Shown here: positions 13,085 through 26,389 of the stretch, one piece after another | Layout: every line of letters starts with the position of its first letter | Numbering within the stretch: the first letter of the stretch is position 1 | DNA from: Octopus sinensis | Taxonomy: Eukaryota | Direction of reading: 5' to 3' | Assembly (NCBI RefSeq): GCF_006345805.1 | Contig: NC_043007.1 | Span: 75,888,001 to 75,952,000, forward strand | Length of the DNA stretch: 64,000 nucleotides | Notes under the pieces: model-generated | Told to the model about the DNA's origin: nothing | What the model saw: only the letters and a program-made list of their open reading frames with translations | The model's database searches: none | Made by a program: the position numbers and the translations under genes

Positions 13085-14030
13085 CAGCATAGTGGGTAGG
13101 GTATGCCATCAAAATGTCCTCCCAGACCCGTTTCCCATCACTGGGGATCTTAAGCAAGGATGTGTCCTGGCACCAATCTGTATTGCCATATTCAACGAAA
13201 TCACACTGGACTCACCTTTCATCAAAATACGCTATCGCTTGGATGGTGGATTCTTCAATCTCGCTCATCTTTGCACAAAGAGAGGACCTCTGCCATCTCA
13301 GTCCGTGAGATGCAGTATGCTGACGGTGATGCCACCCCAAGCTGGACTGTAGATGGCCTACAAAGGATGGCTGATCTTTACAATGTGGCTTATGAACACT
13401 CCAGGATGCAGGTAAACATATTAAAGACCAAGACCCCGATCCAACCAGCATCAGGCCAGAACAGTTCACCTACAAACATTAGCATCAAGGGCCAACCCCT
13501 AGAAGTTGAACAATTCTCATACCTATTTCTTTACTACCCACAAGGGGCTAAATACAGAGAGGACAAACAAGGACAGACAAATGGATTAAGTCAATTATAT
13601 CGACCCCAGAGCGTAACTGGTACTTATTTAATCGACCCTGAAAGGATGAAAGGCAAAATCAACCTTGGCGGAATTTGAACTCAGAACGTAGCGGCAGACG
13701 AAATACCGGTAAGCATTTCACCCGACGTGCCAGCTCGCCGTCTTGGGAGTATTCTTTCAAAGGCCTCCATGTGTGAAAAGGACTTGGAGAACTGGATCAA
13801 GGCAGCCCACTCCACCTTTGATAGACTCAGCCAATGTGTATTCTTCAATCACTCACTGACCATCAGGACAAAGATCATGGTCTTCCGTGCTATTGTCCTG
13901 TCAACTCTTCTCTATGCTTGTGAGACTTGGACGCTGTATCACCATGACTTCAAGTACCTTGAACGCTTCCAGCAATCCAAGCTATGACAGATCCTCAATA
14001 TTCGACGGGATGATCATATTATCAACAATG
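13085..14030 (+). mobile_element. RTE-clade LINE RT fragment interrupted by a SINE
   Basis: Motifs DLKQGCVLAP, YADGD, FSYL|GSILS (split by the SINE), and TKIMVFRAIVLSTLLYACETWT. Confidence 0.85.
13522..13739 (-). mobile_element. Octopus tRNA SINE family B (central CTTTCATCCTTTC.GGGTCGAT..ATAAGTACCAG domain)
   Basis: Near-identical to 55700-55925; inserted inside the RTE YLG motif. Confidence 0.82.
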
Positions 14031-14060
14031 TAGCTCTTTACTATTGTAAATATATATACA

Positions 14061-15721
14061 CTAGCAGAGTTACCCGCGTTGCCCGAGTTACATACAATTG
14101 AAGAATTAGACTTTTCTGTTATATTTTCTGTAATGAACTGGAATACCTATGTTTCAAATTTCATCAAAATTGCAGATGAGGGTTATTTCCCTCTTTACAC
14201 ACCCTAAAATTGTAATCATGCCACATGTATCCCATACTACTGATTTTTATGCACATATTCCAAAATTCCACTCTTATAAAATCTGTTAAAAGGATTTTGT
14301 TCCTGAAAAATGGAGGTCATGGAGCTCTAAAATGTGAGAGTTAAGGCCCCTATTGGGGGTGGGTGTCTTAATGTCAACCATAGGAGTTGAATTGTTGAGA
14401 ATCTTTTTAACTTGGGTCTTATATCTATTGTTTGAATTTCTTTGAAATAGGAAATATATGTTCATTGGGTTTGTAAAAGAGAGCAAAGCTACAGGAAACC
14501 AAAAGACGAATGATCACAATAAGCAGTCAGCTACCCTACCCTAGTCATTACGACTCCCAATGTAGGATTCCTCACCATCCAGGTGACAGGCACAGCCATA
14601 AGATGCATTACGAATCAATAGCAGTTGGAAGGGCGTGACCCAACTGAAATAAGCATTAACAATTGTGTGACGTAAGGGCTAAGGAGAAATGAAAGTGTCA
14701 CCTCTGGAGTTTGCAAATGACCACTATACTGATACGCAACTGGACAGAATAAATTTACAATCTATAAATGTCTTTGAATAACCAGTCACTCATCTGGGAA
14801 GGCCTTGAAATCAATGTTATCATCTGGGGATTATGTGTGACCCAGTGATAATAAAAAGACTGAAAGAAGGTCTGCAACCAAATAACTTTACTCAACACAC
14901 TGCAACTGAATCAGTGGAGGCAAAGATGCCTCTCATTTACTTGACAATTTATGCATCACATTGCAGAAATCACAATCTAAGTATATGTCAAAGCAAACTC
15001 TTACACTGTTGTACCATTGAATTACAAATAATGCTCAACTTTTATTCTCGGGTGACCCTAGAGCTTCCAAGAGTACAACTGTATTTATCTTTGCTTAGAT
15101 AAAATGGCTAAATTGTGGATGTTAAGTCCTCATGAAGGGGTCTTTCTAACTTGTAAGAAGATAGAATTTTATAGATATTACTTCATTTGTGTCTAATATC
15201 TATGGTTAAAATTTCATCAACAGCAAAAATATATGAATTGTCATGGGAGTTATGGCCCTTATGCATAGAATATAATTTCCAAATTTTGTAAAGATCCATT
15301 CAGTACTTTTGACCTAGTTTTGGATCATAAAAGAAATGATTAAAATTTAGGAGTTAAGGCCTTCATTAGGGTGTCTTAGAATCGTCATGTGAAGTGGAAA
15401 CTTTGAGAATACTTCTTGATGTGTGTCAATTATACACGATTGAAATTTCATCAACAGCGAAAATTTATGAATTTTCATGGGGGTTCTGCCCCATTAAGCC
15501 ATCTGAAACCAAACATATTGCATTATACCTGCCCTTATGCATTGAATCTAAGTTTCAAATATCATAAAGATCCATTCAGTTATTTTGGTCCATGAAATTG
15601 TATGAAACAATTCTTCCTAGGCTTATTTTGTGTTCCAAATTTAATTATGATTGGTGCAGCAGTTTTCGAATGAGTAAGTAACACACGAACACACATAAAT
15701 AATTGACTTTGATATAATAGA
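14061..15721 (-). mobile_element. Non-autonomous Helitron with both termini
   Basis: On the minus strand: A|TCTATTATATCAAAG at 15721, and CTCG-GGCAACG-CGGG hairpin plus CTAG|T at 14061. Canonical TC...CTAG ends in an AT target. Confidence 0.88.
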
Positions 15722-15825
15722 TACGAATATGCACATATACATACATGTATATATATGTGTGTGTGTGTGTGTGAGTGTGTGTGTGCGTGTGTAATATACG
15801 CACACACACACACACACACACACTC

Positions 15826-16370
15826 AGATAAATTGATAGATACAACTGAGTGGGCAAACAAAAATGAGACACAGCCTAGTGCTTTTTTTATGTTGATAAG
15901 CCTGGTACTTATTCTATTAGTTTCTTCTTGTGAAATTAGTAAGTTATGGGGGATGTAAATAAATGAAGAGCACTTGTGAAGCAGTGATGTGGGCGAAACA
16001 CAGAGACAAGGACACACACATACACTTACATGTATACATACATATATATACGATTGATTTCTTTCAGTTTCTGTCTACGAAATCCATATATATATGTACA
16101 CACACACACAAAGATAAATTGATAGATACAACTGAGTGGGCAAACAAAAATATGAGACACAGCCTAGTGCTTTTTTTTATTTTGATAAGCCTGGTACTTA
16201 TTCTATCAGTTTCTTCTTGTGTAACCTGTAAGTTATGGGGGTGTAAATAAACGAACAGCAGTTGTGAAGCAGTGATGAGGGAGAAACACAAAGACACACA
16301 CATACACTTACATATATACATACATATACGATTGATTCCTTTCTGTTTCTGTCTATGAAATCCACTGACA
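15826..16370 (-). repeat. Two tandem diverged SINE-A-related partial copies
   Basis: 15826-16088 aligns with 16112-16365; both resemble the reverse complement of the SINE A middle and 3' part. Confidence 0.65.
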
Positions 16371-17535
16371 CTCATCAACTAAATACTTCATTCCATTATT
16401 TCTTATTAGAACTACATTAATTTTACCAGTGTGAGAGAGCCACCATGGAAAAAAACCTTGCCCTTCACTGCTCACTTTGCATTCAACCTACACTACACAC
16501 ACTGGTTCATCTGCAAACCTAACACCTTACACTACACCAAGATCTCAACTTTGCATACACCTATGCCAAGTACAAAAATACATTTGATTGCTTCAAACTA
16601 ACAAGACCACTGATAATAACAGTTCTTTTACATTCACCCCTTTGACACATGTAGTGTGTGCCATTTCTAAAAATGGCAATTCTTTTGGCTCATTAACTTC
16701 TGTCCTATTTCATTTACTTATAGGTAACAGAGATGACCACTAACAATGACATTCTTCAACATCATGAATTTACATCCCCCACCTCTCCTCAGTTATACAG
16801 AATAGAGATTATAATGTAAGTTCTTACTAATATCGGTGTACAACCTGATAAAGAGTTTCTGATGATAATTATTAAATGTGTAGTACAACTGGAACATAAT
16901 TTTTTGCCTTGGAGATACTGATTAAAATAAGAAACTAACTTCTCTTTTCATAAATTGATTTAAAAAGAAAGTATAGAATTTCTGGAACAGGAATTGAAGC
17001 AGGATGCGTAGAATGCAGATGAGACATTAGAAGCATGCATAGAATGCAGATGAGACTTGTAAAAAATTGTAGGTGATGCAAAAGCAGAGGCAAAATGAAG
17101 AGAATAGATAAATTTCATTTTCAGACCACACTCTATTGGGTACACAAATCTTCACAGTGGAATTGAAGATTATCCACTAGTTGGAAAAAGTAAATATTCT
17201 AATTCTAATAGCATAATGTAAGCACCTGGCTAATCACACTGGCTTTGAATATTTGGTATTATTTCTTAACACTCCAAAAAATAGAAGAAAAATTGGGTGG
17301 ATTGTGCTGTCCCATCCAAAATTATTCACTTACAATTTTTCAGCTATCTCATCTGTAATCTACAGCATGTTTATAAAAAAGTTGTCCTTTAAAATATCCT
17401 ACATTAATTCCTGTTCCTGAAATTCTATGATTCTTTTTAAAATCAATTTGAAAGGAGAAGCTACAAGTTTCTCATTTTAATTAGCATTTCCAAAAGCAGA
17501 AATAAAATGAAGAGAATAGCTTAAAAACTTTAGCC

Positions 17536-17919
17536 AATAGGAGTGGAGTGACTGTGTGGTAAGTAGCTTGCTTACGAACCACATGGTTCCGGGTTCAGTT
17601 TCACTGCATGGCACCTTGTACAAGTGTCTTCTATTATAACCTCAGGCATAGGAGTGGCTGTGGGGTAAGTAGCTTACTTACCAACAACATGGTTCCGGGT
17701 TCAGTTTCACTGTGTGGCACCTTGGGCAAGTGTCTTCTATTATAACCTCAGGCGTAGGAGTGGCTGTGGGGTAAGTAGCTTGCTTACCAACCACATGGTT
17801 CTGGGTTCAGTTTCACTGTGTGGCACATTGGGCAAGTGTCTTCTACTATAGCCTCGGGCCAACCAAAGCCTTGAGAGTGGATTTGGTAGACGGAAACTGA
17901 AAGAAGCCCGTCGTGTGTG

Positions 17920-17952
<33 letters not shown>

Positions 17953-18172
17953 ATATGTTTGTGTATCTGTGTTTGTCCCTCCGACATCGCTTGACAACTG
18001 ATGCTGGTGTGTTTATGTCCCCGTAACTTAGCGGGTCTACAAAAGTGACCGACAGAATAAGTACTAGGCTTACAAAGAATAAGTCCTGGGGTCAATTTGC
18101 TCGACTAAAGGCGGTGCTCCAGCATGGCCACAGTCACATGATTGAAACAAGTAAAAGAGTAAAAGAGTAAAA
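17536..18172 (+). mobile_element. SINE family A with triplicated 5' head
   Basis: The ~105-bp head is repeated at ~17539, ~17644 and ~17751, followed by a complete body and tail. Confidence 0.85.
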
Positions 18173-18439
18173 GAATAAACAATAAAAAATTAATCAAAGG
18201 AGAAATTAAAATTTTTTCTTCCAATAAAATCCAATTATTATTTCCATGGAGAATGGGGTAATGCCCAGATAAATTAAATAAACAGCTGGTGTCATCATTA
18301 TCAGCCAAAGGCATTACTTTATGGAAGTTTTTAACCTGTAAATTCAGCTATGTTATGCCAGGATAGGGTTAAACCATGTTTGTAACAGCCTGGTTTCTGC
18401 TGTAAGGTGCTTTATTGTATGATCAGGTTAGGAGTATTT

Positions 18440-18890
18440 AGCCATGGTAGTAGTAGGATTCATAGAAGAAGTTCTTTGCTGCCAATGCATTGATTGGGTT
18501 CCTACAGCCGGTCTTCGTTGTTGCCTGAATCTCCAGCCCCTCTCTTCGGTGCTTCTACAATGGCACTTAAGGTGGTACAGTCATGCAGCCTGGTGTCCAG
18601 GGGGTGAGCTGATTTGCTATGTCCTCCTCCCTCCTCCACTTCCTAGCTGGCGCAAACTCAAGGGCGGGCAGCTGAAGACCTGGGCAACGACGATAAAGGA
18701 GGACCTCTCTGAACTCTCAGATCCGCAGGTGGTCAGTTTGCGCAGATGGAACTGTGAATGGCTCACTATCTCCAGTGACCTTGCACAGGACCATCGAGCG
18801 TGGGCCGCCATGGTTCGTGATGCTGTTAAGAACAGAGAAGCCGGCTCAACCCACCCTGGGTGAATGCCATCACAAGTACAAGTAAGTAAG
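18440..18890 (+). mobile_element. RTE LINE 3' fragment
   Basis: KTWATTIKEDL...DLAQDHRAWAAMVRD followed by a CAAGTACAAGTAAGTAA tail. Confidence 0.7.
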
Positions 18891-19130
18891 GTTAGAAGTA
18901 CTCCTAACCATTTTAGGTAGGTTTCATTTACTTTTCGATATCAGTCTATGACCCCCAACACCCAAAATGGTAGTGTTGGTATCTTATAATAGATAAAGAA
19001 GAAACAGTTTGAAATTTAAGTGAATAATTCTAAGGTTTTTTTTTCCATCAGTATTAACAACAGAAAAATTTAGTTGTATCAATATATCTTTAATTAATAT
19101 ACAACTGTCACAAACCACATCAATACTTAC

Positions 19131-19298
19131 TGATAGGAGTATAATAAATGATCCGGGAATAACTGCTTTGGTGCAATGAAAGGTTCCAAAAGTGAATGAT
19201 ATTAGTTCGAGTAGTACATAAACGGTAAATATACCTCCAGAGCACAAATGAAATATTCCTGTTTTTCTCATTCTAGTATACATGAAACCAACAATCAT
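19131..19298 (-). CDS. Coding exon 1 of CD20/MS4A-like gene A
   Basis: ATG at 19298, 56 codons (MIVGFMYTRMRKTGIFHLCSGG...PGSFIILLS), phase-0 donor GTAAGT at 19130. Homologous to 48545-48754, including intron-start sequence. Confidence 0.72.
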
Positions 19299-20329
19299 CT
19301 TTGGTGCTTATGTGAGGCTTATCTAAAAATAAAGAAAAATTTAAAATTTCGATTATGAACAAAGTAGATGGAGCTTTAAATATCATCAAGTTTATAAGTT
19401 TGGGGTGTGTGGCGTAAGGTGGTGTTGGTGGTGGTGGTGACAAGATTAAAATTGACAAAAAGGAAAGTAACTCAAATTACTTCAATATCTGTAAGTAAGG
19501 TAGTAAAGTTTTGCAACATTACTTCACCAACCTCTTCACTGCTGAAATAGTAAGCTGACCCATAGCACCTATTACAGTCTTTGTAATAAACATTTTCACA
19601 CAATTATTCCTTCCCACAACTTTGACTTTATGGTGGAGCTCCTTTCTTAGCCATATTTTCTTTACAGATTTTAACCTTCAAATGTTCAAACTGAGCAAAC
19701 ATTAATTTCTGTAGTTTAGGAATACCTTCATGCTGGTCTTTTATGCTCGGGTGACCCTAGAGCTTCCAAGAGTACAACTGTATTTGTCTTTGCTTAGATA
19801 AAATGACTAAATTGTGGATGTTAAGTCCTCATGAAGGGGTCTTTCTAACTTGTAAGAAGATAGAATTTTATAAATATTACTTCAATGGGCTAGATACAGG
19901 AAAAATGAGTTAACATTAGAAAGTTCTTTAAAATTAGTGATGAGGGACTGACATGAAAGCCCCTCTGAAAAGAGGGACTAACATGATCTGCTTCAAGATA
20001 GAACCATTAACGAAAGAATAATGAGAAAATGCAACAGAGCGTGATGTAGAGAGAGAGGCAAGAATTGAAGAGGGGAATAAAAGACAGAGTCAAGAACTGA
20101 AGAAGGGAATAAACTTAACATGAAAGGCATGATTGGTTTGCATGATTAATTAGCTTGGAAAGAAAGTTCTGTTGCATTTCATCATGGAAAATGCTTCTTT
20201 TGTCTTCACTGATATATTTAATCGAGAAAATATTTCCCCTCATTATTGATAACATACTCCCATCTATATGACAAAATGCTGATGCCTCAGGCATAAAATT
20301 CCTCAGCTTTCAAAACAATAAAACACTCT

Positions 20330-20520
20330 ATATCATTTTTAATCTCTTCCCAATGAATAAACTGTTTTCCCTCTCAATAAAGTTGCAATGATTTGAAAAC
20401 ATGATTGTTAAAACGAGTAAAGTCAGGAGAGCTAGGAAGATGAGGTGTTCTTTCTAGCATGTTGAATCCCACGAGTGGATTCTTTATGTGTTTAAATGTA
20501 CACTGTATTTTATGAGTAAT
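20330..20520 (-). mobile_element. Mariner transposase fragment
   Basis: HLPSSPDFTRFNNHVFKSLQ resembles HPPYSPDLAPSDYHLF.SLQ. Confidence 0.6.
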
Positions 20521-21220
20521 ACATAGTCTTTGGACTAAATTTTTACACGCTAGACCACTGGAAGTGAAAATTTCTATTAATTTCCATTTCCCTTCGATAT
20601 GTATATGCAGCACGGAATTTTATCAGTGAACAGGTGGTGGTCACAAAGCGACGAAAATATTTTGATAAAATTAAATTTAAATGTTGAAGTGAATCGTGTT
20701 TATGTGTTTCTTAAATTGGCTTATAAACACCTTCCACACTGCAATTGTTTTAGTTCCAGCACATGATCTCAGATCAGGTCACTTGCTATGCAAGTACAAC
20801 TATATATATATATATTATATATATAGATATATATATTATAATAAATATTAGGGAATAAATCCAAATTTACAGGGAAAAATCAGATTTAGGATTGAATCCA
20901 ATTTTATAGTAAAATATTATATTTATTAAATAGAGACAAAACCACTATTATGGCAATCTTTGTTTGATTTGCATAATAGTGGTTTTGTCTCTAATTTAAT
21001 ATTATATTATATATATATATATATATATAATAATATTATATATATATCTGTAGGTCCCGGTTGATTCGGGGTTAACCACAGTAAATAAGGTACTCAATAT
21101 ATAGCAGAGTAAAATTAATTTATTATATAGAAGGAGCTTCTACAGGACTAGAACTGTTTCATTGATGATTTCTCTTGAATGAAACAGTTCTAGTCCTGTA
21201 GAAGCTCCTTCTATATAAAC

Positions 21221-21290
<70 letters not shown>

Positions 21291-21540
21291 GTATGTATAT
21301 ATATATGTATATATATATAGTAGATCGTTAGCCACTACACACATTTTTTTCTCTCCTTGTTTTCTGTGTCCCTTTCTGTAGGCTCGAACGTAAAAGACTG
21401 TTTCTATTCCTGACATTATACTAATACATCTGTTTGTTTTTGTACACCAACCTGTCTTCGTCTTTTGTTTTTTACTAAACTCTCCCTATATATATATATA
21501 TATATATATATATTGATATATATATATATATATATATATG

Positions 21541-21578
<38 letters not shown>

Positions 21579-22286
21579 TGTGTTGTGATGGTTTCTGTTA
21601 AGCAGCGTTGAGTTTATACAATTCTGTAATAATAATAACAGTATTTCATAGCAAATTAAAGCTTATAGGCAATCACTATGCAATGAGTATTTTCTTTAGT
21701 CATTGTACAATGATTGATACAAGCTTTAAGCTTATAAATAATATATATATATATAATATATATATATATGTGTGTGTGTGTGGTGTGTGTGTATGTGTGT
21801 ATGAACAATGAACAGCAACACACACAAAACAAACACACACACACATTCACATAATATAAAGAATTCAAGAGAGAATCAGGTACTGAAAGGAAAGGCATTT
21901 ATAACAACAAATTTGAGAGAAAGCACTGTAAACATACACACATACTGTATATACATTCTAGCCTGGTCACGGTTCAGTAATTGAAACACGTAGCAGGTGA
22001 AAGGCAGAAGTAACATGCACACGCGCACGTGCGCACACACACACATTGTGAGTAGTTTATATTTCCCAAAATGAAGCCCATTCTAGAGCATTAGAGCAGT
22101 AATATATTTTTTAGGATGTTAAATGTTATGACTGGTCATAGAATGACCTATAAAACGATTAGCAGTTACCTTTACTGCTGAGCATGTTATAGGTGTAACA
22201 CCAATGGTTGTTCCATGACTAACCATACCTTTAACTTATATATATATATGTGTATATATAATATATGTATATATATTATATGTATG

Positions 22287-22344
<58 letters not shown>

Positions 22345-22398
22345 CATATATATATATATAATACACATATATATATATACACATATATATATACACAC

Positions 22399-22431
<33 letters not shown>

Positions 22432-22432
22432 C

Positions 22433-22800
22433 TCTTTACTCTCGTTACTTGTTTCAGTCATTTGACTGCGGCCATGCTGGAGCACCGCCTTTAGTCGACC
22501 CCGGCACTTATTCTTTGTAAGCCCAGTACTTACCGCTAAGTGACGGGGACATAAACACACCAGCATCGGTTGTCAAGCAACGCTAGGGGGACAAACATAC
22601 ATGCACATACATATATACGACGGGCTTCTTTCAGTTTCCGTCTACCAAATCCACTCACAAGGCTTTGGTCAGCTCGAGGCTTTTGTAGAAGACACTCGCC
22701 TAAGGTGCCACTCAGTGGGACTGAACCCGGAACCATGTGGTTGGTAAGCAAGCTACTTACCACACAGCCACTCCTGCGCCTACATATATAATATATATAT

Positions 22801-22844
<44 letters not shown>

Positions 22845-23070
22845 TAAATGTGTCTGTGTGTGTTTATGTCTATGTTTGTCTTCTACCACCACTTGACAAC
22901 CAGTGTTGGTGTGTTTATGTCCCTATAACTTGCTGCACGAAAAGAAAAGACAAATAGAATAAGTACCTGGTTTTTTAAAAATAAGTTCTGCGGTTGATTG
23001 ATTTGACTAAAAATATTCCAAGTCGGTGCCCCAGTGAGGATGTGATTTAATGACTGAAACAAGTTAAAGA
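22433..23070. mobile_element. SINE family A fragments (minus copy 22433-22785, older plus 3' fragment 22850-23070)
   Basis: Direct similarity to 8740-9170. Confidence 0.75.
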
Positions 23071-23592
23071 TGGATATATTATATTACACATTTATATTAT
23101 ATTACATATTTAAATTTACATTGCATTATATCATTTCATATTATGTGTGTGTATGTTACTCAAATAGGCTAAGGTGCTCAAAGAACGACTGTTATATGTA
23201 ACATTATTTTAAAGGTCTTTTGCAGATGGTGCTGTTAAGTTAGTCATGGCATGGGCCATTTCTGGCCAAAACTTACCTAATAATCTAAGTGTATATCCAC
23301 AAACAATTGAATTTGTTTTGTTGAAATGAAAAATACAAGTGTTCAATACACTAGTCTTGTGTTAAAGACTTTTAAGATATCCATGTTTCTATATGACGAT
23401 TAGTTAAGAATTGATCTATTAACTATATGTTATTGTTATGAAAATAGGTAGCCCAATTACATTGCAAGTTTAACTGCACAAACAAGTTATAGAAGTGTGG
23501 GAATCCAGCTTTCTCAATCACCTACCAAATTTTTCTTTCTTTCTCCCTCTCTCTCTCTGTGTATATATGTATATATATATATACATATATAC

Positions 23593-23646
<54 letters not shown>

Positions 23647-23681
23647 TATATATGTATATATATATATAATATATTATATAT

Positions 23682-23715
<34 letters not shown>

Positions 23716-23739
23716 ATATATATGTAAATGTAAAAAAAT

Positions 23740-24249
23740 ACAAACTGGGACAAGAACGTGAAACATTTAGTAGACGATACAAAAAACACGAAGCCTTCAA
23801 TCTTCAGTCAAGAAGCGGATCATCTTCGCAATTTCGGCTGATGATTATCTTGAGATTGCTCCGATCTGGCCAGCCCAAAAAGGAAAATCTAAGCCAAGCG
23901 CATTAGATTCCTTGGAAGAAAGCTCGAATGTATACAAAACAAGGACGAAAAACGGACGATGTTACACGAATAAGAATACAAAAATACGTAAAAACAATAA
24001 TGATAATAATAATAACAAGAAAAACAGGACGTCACAGACAAGCGTCTTTTCGACAGGACGAGTAAATTTTTGAGCTGGCGTTAGAAGAAAGCCTTAGGGC
24101 TACAGAGAGACAAAAAAATGTGTCTTGCCGCAACGGCTGCTGGCCACGAAGAGGCTAGCAATCGGTGGCTAGTCACATGAGGGAAAGAGAGAGGAAAAGA
24201 GGGACAGATGAAGAGAGAAAGAAGGGGAACAAGGAACAAAGGACGAGGA

Positions 24250-24299
<50 letters not shown>

Positions 24300-24420
24300 C
24301 AGATCAAGTGGAGTGCAAAGTGTGAAAGGCAGAGAAATGTAGGAGAGGGGGGAGAGAGATAGTGTTGTAGAGTCGTACCATGTGTTAAAGAATATATACT
24401 TACGTATAGGATATATATCT
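23740..24420. repeat. Dispersed repeat, probably PLE-terminal; inverted copy of its first part at 33735-33950
   Basis: 23740-23940 is the reverse complement of 33735-33950 and is flanked by microsatellites. Confidence 0.55.
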
Positions 24421-24458
24421 ATATCTATCTATCTATATATATATATATATATATATAT

Positions 24459-25117
24459 ATAACATAAGGGACTAAAGCCATCTGAATATGGCTAGGGACA
24501 GGGCAGGGTGGTGGGGGTGTTACTGTTGCATTTAGCCCCAGGCGAACATCAACGTCGCCAGATAGGCTTGACACCATCACGGTGTCCTTTAACCTGCAAA
24601 GGGAGATAATTCCCCGATGAAGCGGAAACCACACACGGACCCAGGTTTCAAGGTGTATTGCCTATCATCAACGTGTGGTAGGCCCCCGCTTCCTCGACGA
24701 AATCTCACTCTGCAGGATATTCATATATAGATTTTCAAGCAAAATACATTTGCTGATTTCGAAAATCTGTTCGACAGCAATAATAATTCTCTAAATGAGA
24801 TATAGAAAGTAACTGCTCCATAACATAAGGGACTAAAGCCATCTGAATATGGCTAGGGACAACACCTTGAAACCTGGGTCCGTGTGTGGTTTCCGCTTCA
24901 TCGGGGAATTATCTCCCTTTGCAGGTTAAAGGACACCGTGATGGTGTCAAGCCTATCTGGCGACGTTGATGTTCGCCTGGGGCTAAATGCAACAGTAACA
25001 CCCCCACCACCGCTGCCCTGTCCCTAGCCATATTCAGATGGCTTTAGTCCCTTATGTTATGGAGCAGTTACTGTCTATATCTCATTTAGAGAATTATTAT
25101 ATATATATATATAATAT

Positions 25118-25148
<31 letters not shown>

Positions 25149-25777
25149 ACATAAGGGACTAAAGCCATCTGAATATGGCTAGGGACAGGGCAGGGTGGGG
25201 GGGGTGTACTGTTGCATTTAGCCCCAGGCGAACATCAACGTCGCCAGATAGGCTTGACACCATCACGGTGTCCTTTAACCTGCAAAGGGAGATAATTCCC
25301 CGATGAAGCGGAAACCACACACGGACCCAGGTTTCAAGGTGTATTGCCTATCATCAACGTGGGTGGTAGGCCCCGCTTCCTCGACGAAATCACTCTGCAG
25401 GATATTCATATATAGATTTTCAAGCAAAATACATTTGCTGATTTCGAAAATCTGTTCGACAGCAATAATAATTCTCTAAATGAGATATAGAAAGTAACTG
25501 CTCCATAACATAAGGGACTAAAGCCATCTGAATATGGCTAGGGACAACACCTTGAAACTGGGTCCGTGTGTGGTTTCCGCTTCATCGGGGAATTATCTCC
25601 CTTTGCAGGTTAAAGGACACCGTGATGGTGTCAAGCCTATCTGGCGACGTTGATGTTCGCCTGGGGCTAAATGCAACAGTAACACCCCCACCACTCTGCC
25701 CTGTCCCTAGCCATATTCAGATGGCTTTAGTCCCTTATGTTATGGAGAAGTTACTGTCTATATCTCATTTAGAGAAT

Positions 25778-25783
<6 letters not shown>
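24459..25783. repeat. Tandem pair of ~687-bp fold-back units inside (TA)n
   Basis: Each unit is X(24459-24656) Y(24657-24819) x'(24820-24861) rcX(24862-25060) rc-y'(25061-25100) then (TA)n; the unit repeats from 25146. Confidence 0.9.
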
Positions 25784-25848
<65 letters not shown>

Positions 25849-26389
25849 ATAAGATTGGATCGTATATTTTACAAATATAAACCCACTCGTATACGAATTA
25901 CAAATATATATATATATATCCATATACATATACACACATATGTATATATATATATATATATAATTTGTAAAAAATGAAGTTCGAAAATGCTGCTATATTA
26001 TACAATTCAGTTCCTGAAATGAACCTTATCAAAAAAAGTTATATATAAAAAAAGACAGCTCATGCCGTCAAACACAAGAAATTCATTTATAATACACAAC
26101 GGAGTCAGACATCTTAAAGTTCAAATATAGTTTGAAGTAAGTTCATTCATGCTATATGTTCAAAGTGTTCGATGCAGTGGCCCACGGTGGCGATACGTAT
26201 TCAATACAAAAAACAGATCAAAGTGGTGGAAAGTAGTCAATACAGAAGATTGATGTTCCCGAAAGAGCGAGGGATTCATTTTTACCTTGAGCAATTGTGA
26301 TGACCCATGGTGGATGTTCGCTGGGTGATTCTAGTGAGTCTTGTGAGTTGTTCGGGTTTTATAATGCCTGTTAAGTGGTCAGTCCAGCG

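Noticed and set aside
25995-26035. Minus-strand TTGATAA-GGTTC...GAACT-GAA, a possible second U3-A8 core
   Set aside because: A15.1 is missing and there is no stem I, so it is not supportable without a family consensus.
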